Below are positions 10,866-21,802 of a DNA stretch of 64,000 nucleotides, piece by piece; the stretch's first letter is position 1; the number at the start of each line of letters is the position of its first letter. The notes beneath the pieces are model-generated. The model saw nothing but the letters and a program-made list of their open reading frames with translations, was not told the origin of the DNA and did not search any database. Made by a program: the position numbers and the translations under genes. Source of the stretch: Iphione sp. A-MEVVRFRX5 (Eukaryota); contig OZ320314.1 of the NCBI GenBank assembly GCA_976226885.1, positions 72,354,001-72,418,000 of the forward strand. The letters are read 5' to 3'.

Positions 10866-13856
10866 TCTTCGGCACGGCACGGTGAAGCTTTAAAAAAACA
10901 AGTCAGCAGACGGAGCAGATCGTCATACATAAAAGGGCTGTTGTTCGGAGCAGTGGTCCGAGGAAATTCTAAGATATTTATGAGAACAACCTGCGGCCTT
11001 TTTCCACTAATTGACAAAATTACTTCTGACTGTAGACATATAGGACATAAACAATAAGTCGTTTAACCAGATATTTCTACTGGTCTCGGATTTTCGTCAC
11101 GTGAAGCTATTAGTAAATGGTGCCTATATGTACATTTATGCTTCGTTCGACCGAGTCGAAGTGCATATATATATACATCCATTCTTACGTGCATTGCAGC
11201 ACGAAGAGTGCGTCATTGTTTTTGAAAGTCACTGTGGAGATTTTAAGGACGTAATTCATAGTTTAACATGGAGTCAACGTCTGTGTCATTTCATCTCCAT
11301 TGGAGATGCATATTGCGAAGGGGAAGGACTTTGTCCGGGTTGTTTTGTGCAATTATTTGAGCACTAAATCCTTCTTTCTACGTTATTGTTTCGAAATTGT
11401 AAGGTAGGCGGAGGATGTTTGGCCATGGGCCCATCGAAACTCAGATCAAATGCCAGTAATTGTCGGAACCTAATGGAATGAAGAGATGTTTATTTTATTT
11501 TAAAGAGAAACGAATTACAATTAAAGGGATCAGTGTCCGTATTTTGGATATAATCGTGTTTATTAGCATTGTGATGTCAGCTGTAAATGAAACATTTTAT
11601 AAAGCATCAGTTATGTTTATGTTGCAAGTCCTTCGAATCCAGGCTCAAACCCCCAATTAGGATTGTAACATGTAGGTATCGTGTTCAGGGACTGTTGATG
11701 GTGAGTCACAGGTAACAACCAGACTATATATTATATTTAATATTGCTGTCACAATTTCATTATGTCAACATGACAGCCATGATAAAGGGAAAATTACCCA
11801 GTCTGTGGTGGTTTCATAATCACATGATCACACATGTCATTCAGGGGATGAGATGCGCACAGTCAAGTTAATTTATGCTTTATGCTTGGAAGGAATGCAC
11901 AGTTCATACCCTTCAGTGAACCAAGTCTGTTATGCCCTTATTTCTGTTGAAATCTGTGGAGAACATGTAGGGAGTGTGCAAGGATTGAGAATGCCCTCCA
12001 TGCTGGCACATGAGATTTGTTGGCATTTGAGGCCAACCTTTCACAAAGATTAACTGGTCTCCTCGATATTCACTCTGCCATCCTACAGAAGGTATGAACG
12101 AGGAACAAAAGATCAAGCGAGGTTAACATTTACTTTTCTTCTAAGTCGCCTTAATAGTAAGTCCTGTTGAAAATGGCTATACCTCCCAGGACAGAGGTGC
12201 TGGTTCAGCCCATATTTCAGTTCTGGGTCTTCCATGAGTTACGAGATCAGTTTGGGTCTGGAAACACCCGTGCTTGGCAAAACAAATGTTGCAGGCCTGG
12301 TCCACAGCGTCCTATATAAATCCTGGAAAGGTTGGAACCAGTTCAAGTCCACATTTTTTCCTCTGGCCTCAGAAGGCTGAAAATTGGTAGAAATGTTCTA
12401 AATATGATCTGGCTTATATCACCAGATTAACTATAGTGAGAACTTCAGCTCATTCAGTGAACCAAAAAATTGTGTATGCAGGTGGCCCCTCTCAACCGCC
12501 CACCACTCAACTGTTTCCTACCAGAACCGCCCTGGTTTCAATGTAACCTTAATTTGTTCTTAATTTATTGCCTAACTGACACATCACCTTTCGTCAGATT
12601 CCGAACGGTTGAGAGAGGGTCAGTTTCATATTTAACCATTGTTTTGGTACTAAACTTCTTTGAACGGAAAGAATCTGACCATGTCCACGTCGAGGAGCAC
12701 AAGACTGGACTGATGGAAAGCTGAGCTTGGGATGAAGGACTCTGGTATTCCAGGGTTCACCACCAAAAGGATTTGACTTGTAGTTCAAGACAGGATTTCT
12801 CATATGAAAGGAATATTGTCACACGGTAGACTTCAAAAAAATCAAAAGTAGTTGTAGATATTGCACAACGCCAGAAGGGAATCACACCATGCAATGGTGC
12901 ACTGCGGCGGCACAGTCGGCTGCGGATCAGACATACATGTATAGATGCATATGTAGGTGACAAGGAGCTTCACCTGTGCACCTCCTGTACAGTTAATGAA
13001 TACATGTATGTGAGTGAGCCCTGATGCCCCATAAATATTAAAAGATCTGAATGAGAATTTGTCCATGTCTAGTTTTTCTTACGTTAGCGTTCAGTAATGT
13101 ATACGGGCTGTTTGAAGTTATGAAAGAGTTTAACTAGTGCACTCTGATGATTGATAATCATTCTCTCTCCTTCTGCATTCTCCCCCATCACACAGTTTAG
13201 ACTGGTCTCTTACTCCCCTTTTATTCTTACTGAGTCTGTGTAAGTGTTGTTTTCCTTGTCTCAGTACTGAATCTCTATAAAGTAGGACTAAGATCGGTGG
13301 TAATAAATACGGGGTAAGTATCCATTTCTCTTAGAAAGGCGCAGTGGTCAGGCTTTGCCGGTGTGTGTGTGTGTATGTATGTGTGTGTGTACGTCTGTAT
13401 GTACTGGGGAGCGGGTTCTCCGTCCGCTGATCTGTCATACCAGGCTGACCAAACCTCTTTAAGGCCCGCCTTCGACCCCGGCACCTTTGACCCGAATACC
13501 CCGACAGAAGATTGCTTAGGGCACAGAACAAAAGGAAACGATCGGTCAGTTAACGATGTGAATGGGTCGGACCATAGTGATTTTCTCGGTATTTTCCTCG
13601 CAGTTATTTGTCTTTGCCACTCCGCTTTAGAGCTTCCACCAGAAGTGATTCTAATTGAGGCCCTCTGTGTGGGCGAATGCATAAAATACGAACACATGCC
13701 TTCGATAGAGGAGAAAAATAGTAGAAAATTAGTTTTACAGGAATGGTCCTCTCAATTTATGTATCTGTTACGCCAGTATATATTTTATACTCCATACTGG
13801 GAAGCTTTCCTGAGTGATCTGAAAAAATATCATTGTAGGTCTTAACATGCATATAA

Positions 13857-13940
13857 TAGTGGAAACCTTCAAATACCATCAAACATAGGACCGGAAAGTT
13901 TTGGTCCATTCAATGAGTTGGTCTTTTAAGAGATTTACTA
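13857..13940. mobile_element. Possible degenerate pogo-type MITE remnant
   Basis: Ends tagtggaaacc... and ...agagatttacta resemble decayed CAGT-type inverted repeats; internal ggaccggaaagttttggtcc. The match is weak. Confidence 0.25.
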
Positions 13941-15800
13941 ATAGAGGCTTTAGCACTATGCGCAGATATGCCATTTCTTAGACATGACATACCAGCTATC
14001 AATAGATCCTCTGTTAAGTGTTGCTATCAGTTATATGCATGACTTCTGTCCCTGTGTGGTGATTAACTCATGCACACATCCCACCCACTGCAACATTTGC
14101 CTCTATCCCCAAGCAGTGACTCACTTTTACATATATGCTCATCACATGCACACACCATACGCCCCACAACATTTGTTGGATTATGAGTATGTCACACGTG
14201 CCTTTTAAACCCGAGGAAATACAGAGAAACACTTAAAATGGTGAATTAGCAACAAAGTACACAGCAACTGAAGAGAGAAAATACGGAACAAAAAATAACT
14301 ATAACACTTGAAACTCCACCCGAAATGTGTCTTTCATTCAAAGAACACAATTTTAGCAAGTCCTCTTTTCAAAGACAACTCCAGTGTTATATTCTAGCAT
14401 TAATATCCCAGAGTAAAGCCATTATTCAAAAGGTGCCTGAGTATTGGTCCTTCAAAAAGTAAAGTCCATTCAGGAGTAAGGTTCTAGCCACACAAAGTAG
14501 GCAGTGTTTATTCAGGTTTGTCTGCTTTGATACAATTCACTCCCAGTGGCAAATGCTACTGATGACCGGAGATGAGTAACATTTCATAACAGTGTAACAA
14601 TCATCTTTCCAATATTTTGCAAGGGGCTTGGAATACGCATCTGTCCCAGAGTGTAGAAGAGCAATTCTAAACAACAGAAGACTATTTATTTCCTCTGGAG
14701 AACATAGTAATAATGTGTTTATTGTCCATTATTTACATTGAAGTGAAACAAAGCATTGTATACAAATGATGAGAGACCAAAAATATGGTTTTATGTGATA
14801 CAGGAAGTAATAATGAACAAAGGAATTGGTGTGTACATTGTACTTGATTCATGAAAGCAAGGCCGATTTGGACTCAATTTTGTATATACTTCTTTGAAGT
14901 ATACCATCTAATTGTATTAAACTAGTCTTAATGACAATGCATCTTACGTACTGTGCTCCACTCTGGTCAAAATGTAATCATTTTCAATACAAATCAAGCA
15001 TCATGTAAACTTATCTTAACACAATAAGTAACAGCACTTTGCCGGGAGTGTCTGCTAAGTGCTTCGGATAAAAGAGGTGTGTGCAACCTGTTATGAAATG
15101 GTAGGAGGTCCTGATAAAATATGATGTTATTAACTCAGTAAGAATTTCCAAGCGAAGCTGAAATCAGCTGAATATTCTTTTACGCGACCACTCAGATATT
15201 CTAAGAAGTTCTATAAAGTTGAACCGCGTTAATTGAAGGGGGTGCATTATACATATTTTTGTATGGATAATGGATTATCCAGTTGACAAAATCACTACCA
15301 ATGGATCTCCTGGCAGGGAAAACTCGCAAGTAAATTTGCAACCCTTTAACCTATGTTAGTTGCTCTGCCTTGTTGTGTTTCTTCCTGTAGGAGGTACTAG
15401 CCAACTTTTTGCATGTGTGTATGTTACTTTTAACCATTGTTGGTCACTCTGCGCTGTGTTGTTTCTATCTTTAGGATGTCCTGGCCTGGATCTTGCACTT
15501 ATGTAACAGTCGCTTTGCACTGTCTATGCATGCCCTAATGCCTGATGGTTCCTTTGTTGTAGTGCCTTCGATTAACTATTTCCTATAGAAATAATATATA
15601 AATGGCTTGAGAGACACTCTGGTTACAGTTAACAAATTCCGGTTAAGTAATACAATTTATAGCGAAAGTTATTTGGTAATTCTATTAGGGTCTGGTCAAA
15701 GCATTTCTCTTGCTGTTGTGACTCTGGTAGGCAAGTTTCGACTGTATTTAACATTAGTCAACTCTGATGGCAATGTTGACCACAACAGAAAGTTCATATA

Positions 15801-18231
15801 CAGGGGAGTCTTAATTTCTGACCTATGCGATTACCAACCAAATTGCCCATTCCGACCATTTTACCTTGGAACAAAATTAATTTTAATACATAACCTATAT
15901 GATTGATTATGGATTACCAACCAAATCGATTACCGACCATATTCACCCTCCGACCAATCGATAAAGGTTCAATATTGGTATATTTTACTATCAATTACCA
16001 ATTGCAACCTCTCTGATGTGTCTATCTCACACCCTGGAGAGGGTGGCTGGAGAGGTTGGAGTCATCCCCGTCGACTTCTCTGATGAACCAACACCTTGGA
16101 GAGGGTGGCGGGAGAGGTCGGGGTCATCACCGCCAACTTCTCTGATCTGCCCACACCTTGGAGGCATCAACAGCAACCTCTCTGATGAGCTCGCACCTTG
16201 GAAAAGGTGGCGGAAGAGGGTGGTGGGAGAGGTCAGAGGCATCAACAGCGACCTCTCTGCAGCGTTTCCCGCCAAACTAGGAGCAGCTCGCCTACATAAG
16301 GGGTCCAGACAGCTCCAGAAATCACTCTTCTCCTGGATTCCAGTGAAGACACACCAGCCACTCCAGACCTCTCCAGCCTTCTTCAGAACTCCCCAGCCTT
16401 CTCCAGCCTTCTCCATACACCAAGATGCCCAGAAACGAGCTTTCCCTTGGAGACAAGGTGAGGTTCATCAAGGTCTCCACATGTAGGAGCCAGAGGAGCC
16501 TTGCTGAAGAATTTGAGTTTGGCAAGACCCAGGAGCAGTGCATCCTGAAGAGAAAGAGAGAGATCATGGAGGAATTTGAAAAATGCCCAAACCCTTCAGC
16601 CAAGAGGCACCACTACTCTCCTGACCTCTCCCCCCTAGATGAAGCTGTTTACAATTGGTTTTGCAGAATGAGGTCCCTGAACATCCCAGTCTCAGAGCCC
16701 ACCATTCAGGAGAAGGTGCTTACCCTGAGAAAGGAGCTCAACCTCCCTGACTTCAAGGCCTCATTGGGGTGGCTCCAATGCTTCAAGATCAGACACTCCA
16801 TTGGGGCCCTCAAGGTGTGTGGGGAGAGTGGTGGTGTATCAGAACTGGCAGCGGAGGACTGGCTTGAGCAAATCCCTGAGAAGCTGAGGGGATATGCCCC
16901 CAGGGACATTTACAATATGGATGAGACAGGTCTGCTCCATAGGATCATGCCTGACAAGTCCCTTGCCCAGACAGGAGCCACAGCAAGTGGGGTCAAGAAA
17001 TCCAAAGAAAGGATCACTCTCTCTCTGTGTTGCAATATGGAGGGAGAGATTGAAAAGACTCTGGTGATAAGAAAGGCCGAGAAGCCCTGGTGCTTCAGAC
17101 ATGTTGACATGTCTGCACTCCCAGTCACTTGGAAGGCTAACTCCAGGGCCTGGATGACAGCCTCCATATTTCAGGAATGGATCCAGAAATTTAACCACAA
17201 GATGAAGAGGCAAGGGAGGCATGTTCTTCTATTGGATAATGCCCCCTCACACCCACATGATATGAAGCTCAGCAATGTGGAGATGGTCTTCCTCCCTCCA
17301 CATGCAACTTCAAGACTGCAGCCCCTGGATCAGGGCATCATCCAGAATCTCAAGTCCATCTACAAGAGGAAGCTCCTCAATTATTTCATCCAGAAGGCTG
17401 ACTCCATGGAGGGTCCCATAGACCTTCAGTCCCTGATGAAGTCTGTGGATCTGCACCGGGTGGTCTACTAGGTGAAGGACTCTCTCCAACAGGTCAAACC
17501 TGAGACAGTCAGGAAATGTTTCCTCAAAGATGGTGTGAAGAATTAGTGAAGAAGGCACAGAGAGTCCTCCCTGTGGTAGAGCCTTGCCTACCAGATGATT
17601 ACTGTAGAATGGATGCAGAACTCCCAGCCCACAATCAGGATGTGGACTTGCTGCCAAAGAAAGATCAACAAGAAGATGAAGAAGAGGAAGAAGAAGACAC
17701 ATCACCACCTACAATCTCCCATGCAAAGGCAATGGACATGATAGAGCAGCTAAGGCATCACTTCCTCTACCATGGTGCCAACACCCCTGGAAACCCTACT
17801 GGCAACCATGAACTCATTTGGGAAACATCTCCAGCAGTCCTAGAAGAAATAGGCCACTATTGATTCTTCTTTTAAGCCACAGTGATTACAGTGATTTTTA
17901 AACATTTATATGTATTTCATTTATTCATACATACCATGTACATACCATACTAATTTATTTGTCTGAATAAATGAACATTTCAGTCTGAATTATTTTGTTT
18001 TTAAATGTTTTTCCTTTATTGAACCTTTAATATTGATTATTGAACCTTTTTTCAATTGGTTTCTGTATGGCAATGATTAACTATGAAGGCAGAATAGATT
18101 ATAGAGAGAGAGGTAGAACAGGATATGGTTTCAAGCCCCAGACCCTCTACAAAATTGATTTCCGACCATATTCGCCATTTGGACCATTTTGGGTCGGACC
18201 CGACCAATGGTCGGAAATCGAGACTGTACTG
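15801..18231 (+). mobile_element. pogo/Tigger (Tc1/mariner superfamily) DNA transposon, 2431 bp, TA target duplication
   Basis: TA|CAGGGGAGTCTTAATTTCTGACC at 15801 versus the reverse complement of the right end, TA|CAGTACAGTCTCGATTTCCGACC (17/23 identical). Encloses a CENP-B-like HTH plus DDE transposase. Confidence 0.9.
16425..17863 (+). pseudogene. Disrupted Tigger-like transposase (HTH-psq, CENP-B HTH, DD30D catalytic domain)
   Basis: Motifs LDEAVYNWF, FKASLGWLQCFKIRH, IYNMDETGL, SKERIT, KANSRAWMT, LLLDNAPSH, LQPLDQGII. In-frame TAG at 17469-17471 where homology continues (VY*VKDSLQQVKPETVRKCF), then a frameshift near 17540 into the acidic tail ORF ending at 17863. Confidence 0.88.
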
Positions 18232-19684
18232 TAATATGGGGAATTCCTGAAGGCCTGTATATTTAGGTTCTTGAAGTTTTTAGGCTTAATTTCCACGAGC
18301 ATGTGTTTTTATGGGGGTGTCACCTTGTTGTCACCATAATTTTTGTGACATAGGTAACAGCTAAATTCTTTCCATGTAGCCAAGCAGCTTACAGTCTTTT
18401 GAGATTGGAACATGACCCAGTTTTCAGGGTTGTGTTTCCATGTTTAGCCATAGAAGTGCATGAATCGGGGCCTGTGCAGGGGCCTAGGCCAGTAAAGCAT
18501 GTTAAGAGTCTACTTAATTTGCATATCATTTGGATAAAAACGACAGTGCCGCACATTTCATTATAGAGAGAGATTTAAACAAGGTCGTGGACACATGGAA
18601 ACCATGATACAGTCTCTCTGTGTTTTCTGGTGGAAACATGATGGCATGTACACGAAAACACAGAGTACATATAAATTAGGCCTAGACCAAGGGTTGCTTC
18701 CTTATATGAGTTGGCCCTCAAATAGGTTTCTACTGTAGGGAAAAATGTTTCGAGGGTTGCCAAGTATGAGAGATCGGACTGAAATTTAACGGGGACACTG
18801 GCTTGGTCTGTATGTGCCTGGATCCCTCTGTTTAGATATGGTTTTCTCTGTCCTGCAACTCTGCTTCTCTTATTGTCCCCCTTGTATTTCTCGGGGGAGA
18901 TATCACGCTAGATAATGATAATGCTCGGATCCGTGGAGATACAGAGATGGGGAGGGGGGAATAGCTGGAGAGTGAGAGAGAAGGCAGAAAAAGGAGGAGT
19001 AATAAAGAGTAGGGGCCAGAGAGGTACAAATACTGATTCACGGGGTGACTTAAACTTTGTCGGTTCATCTATTGGCTTATTGAAATTCTTCACCACGAAA
19101 AAATAGCCTTTTGTTTGAAAAAAAAATACTTCGGTCCTGAATCTTGAGTTAAATTTTCAACGAGTGGACTCCTCCTTGCTATGACCAAATCCACGACCAG
19201 GAACAATTGAATCGGTTAATACATGCCGTTTTTCCTGAGAAATATAGCATGTCAAGGTAGTCATGTAGTACGCATGATAGTCAAATTATTCATAATTGGG
19301 AACCAATGAACGAAGATCTTGAAGATTAATGCTGTCGGGTAGAATGACCCTCATATCGTGTGCCCCATGCATACATTTACATCAGCATGGGCGAAACAGC
19401 TGCCAGAGATTTCCCTGGTAACAAAGGGACATTGTACAGAAAGGCCTAGATATTTTTACTGGGAAAGCCCTGTGTATCCATGAAAGAAACTAGCATAGGA
19501 CTCATATATAATATTATATACAAGTATATTACTGTAAGACGTGGATGAATAAAGATGTGAACAAACCAGAGTCCAGTTTCAAACTGTTTATTTCCTTCCA
19601 AAGCCAGTGTTTATATTCTTGGAATGGGGAATCTGGGCACATTTTGCAAGCAAGGTGTAAACAAAGAGTTGTCAAGCCTAATTT

Positions 19685-20125
19685 GATAAGGATTTCAAAG
19701 GTGTCATAGGGTATCATTGTGATAAATGTATAGGTTTAGTATTAATCTAAAGGACCACATTAGTGTTTAGATAAAAATCCTTTGCTAAAATTTCTAATCT
19801 AGCAAAAACATTACAGAGGTGAAAAGTGAGTGATAATCAGGGAGTTTCTGCATATTCTAATGTGAACTCTAAGGCCTGGAGAAAACAAACTAATGATAAT
19901 TTTGACATATACACTCTATCTATAGGTAGTTCTAGGTGTGTCTTCATTATAATATCAGATTTAGCATTGGAATCATTGCCAAATGATTATTATGGACATA
20001 AACATTATAAAAGTTCAAAGAGAGAAATCCACTACCTTTCAACTCCACCCCAGGCAGACTGACCCACATTTGACTAAGAGTACCAGGCTTATCAGCCACT
20101 GTGACGTCATTCCCACTTCAGGAAT
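19685..20125 (+). repeat. Dispersed repeat, copy B (inverted relative to copy A at 9085-9530)
   Basis: See copy A. The ORF track also shows the paralogous translations [18 protein letters not shown]...YYG.K.Y.SSKRE.H. Confidence 0.8.
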
Positions 20126-21437
20126 AGTCTGTATGAGCCACAGTTAGCCAATCAGAGATCTAGTTGTATGATCTGACCAATCAGGGGGTAGCTCTCTCAA
20201 TAGCAACAAAGTATCATTTTTATAGAACCTTTCTGACCAATGAGTACACTTTCACTAGTGAAGGATACATGGTAACCAGTCATAGAATACCTTTTACCCA
20301 ATCATGGAGCTTCCCCCACATTAGGGAGTGTGGGATGATTTTCCAGTAAACAATCACAGTGAAACAACCGATGGAGGAATTTCCATAAAGATAGCAGTGC
20401 GGTGTGTGATGTAAGAAACACTCATAGAGCGGTGTGCCATATCTGAAAGGTGTGGTGTGCCGGTCACAAGCTGGTGTGCCAGCCCACTATTTGAATGCAC
20501 CTGATGATGACCTCTTCTCAGCCCACTAATGAGGCCAAGAATCTAAAACTTCACATTACAGACTATCAACTTGAATATCTAGATAGAACGAGCTTCATCA
20601 TTTCCAGAGAAAGTTGATAGATATATGGTGGTGACAGATGGAGCCAGCAGAAAAGCAGCTTGGTGTGGGGATAGTAACTTAAGTTAATTACCGAAATTGC
20701 TGTTACTTTGATAATATAATGAGACAGGAGGCAACAATCTTGGCGACCAGACACAGACCACTTGAATTTGGTTTAAATTATCAGACTCGTTATCTCAAAG
20801 TAAATTTTTATATTCTGCAATCTTTATTGGAAATACAGACCGTCTGTTCACCAATTGTATACCGTGTTTATATGTGCGACATTATGATTAATGTTTTAGA
20901 AAGAGAAGCTGCTAAATTTACATGATGGATAATTTAAGTCATGCCAACATATACCCTCGATGTGGGAATTCTCGAGAGAAACTGTTGGTTGATAACGGGA
21001 TTATTGCTAATATATTTCCTGAATTGGACAGTGTATTTTTCAAATCGAGGAGAATGTGTTTTAGTGCTTTAGCCTAGCATCGAGCAAGTTTATTGCAATT
21101 ATATGAAATCAATTTCATTATTATCATGCCATCAGAATTTGGTGATAACCAATATTTCACTTTTTCGCGGTAAAAAGTTACTAGAAGTGGCTTGACTGTA
21201 GTTGCAATATAGTTAACAAACAGTTAATTTCCAGGCATTAATGGCTTTGTTCTCACATCTTGAATTCTATTTTCTGTAACCTGGTAAATCCTAAGTGGAG
21301 AGTATCGTTTTATGCACCTTTAGAACTTAACCCATCTCTGAGCATACCACCAGCCTTTGCAGCTGTTGGTTGCATTGTGGAGTTCTATAGACATGTAATT
21401 GATAGTTATTATTCCGTTTTCATTGTTAACCCTATCA

Positions 21438-21533
21438 GGCCGGCTTGTATCTCCAGAGATACATCCGTACAGGCCGGCTTGTATCTCCAGAGATACATCC
21501 GCATGGGGCCGGCTTGTATCTCCTGAGATACAT
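21438..21533 (+). repeat. Three 27-bp subterminal direct repeats GGCCGGCTTGTATCTCC(A/T)GAGATACAT, period 34-35 bp, each with an internal palindrome
   Basis: Copies at 21438, 21472 and 21507; TGTATCTC-nn-GAGATACA is self-complementary. Confidence 0.95.
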
Positions 21534-21802
21534 AACGCACATTCTATCTTTGAGAGAAGTTATTGGCTTAAATTTAAGTATTTTTCCATGCTTTTGGGGG
21601 GAAGAGTTAAGAATGAATGTTAATATGTATTTATTTATGATTTTTTAGCTAATTCGTTTAATTTTGATGGGGTCAGGGAGCAGAGAAAATTACATTTTAT
21701 CCCAACGGGACGTATGTCGTCTGCTAGCCGACAACAACGCATCGCGGGTTACCGCTCTGTTTTGACGCTACGTAAGAAAATCACTTTTTCATCAATTTGA
21801 CC

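Noticed and set aside
14280-14760. Stop-poor frames suggesting an old coding fragment
   Set aside because: Stops occur in every frame and no motif is identifiable.
16016-16486. 156-aa ORF upstream of the Tigger transposase as a second gene
   Set aside because: It is built from 62-bp repeats that shift frame between units and has no recognisable domain.
20140-20245. Three CCAAT boxes suggesting a promoter
   Set aside because: No associated gene start; such boxes are common in transposon remnants and these abut a dispersed repeat.
21797-21802. TTG start for the piggyBac transposase given in the ORF track
   Set aside because: In a eukaryote the in-frame ATG at 21803 (accATGg, good Kozak context) is the likely start.
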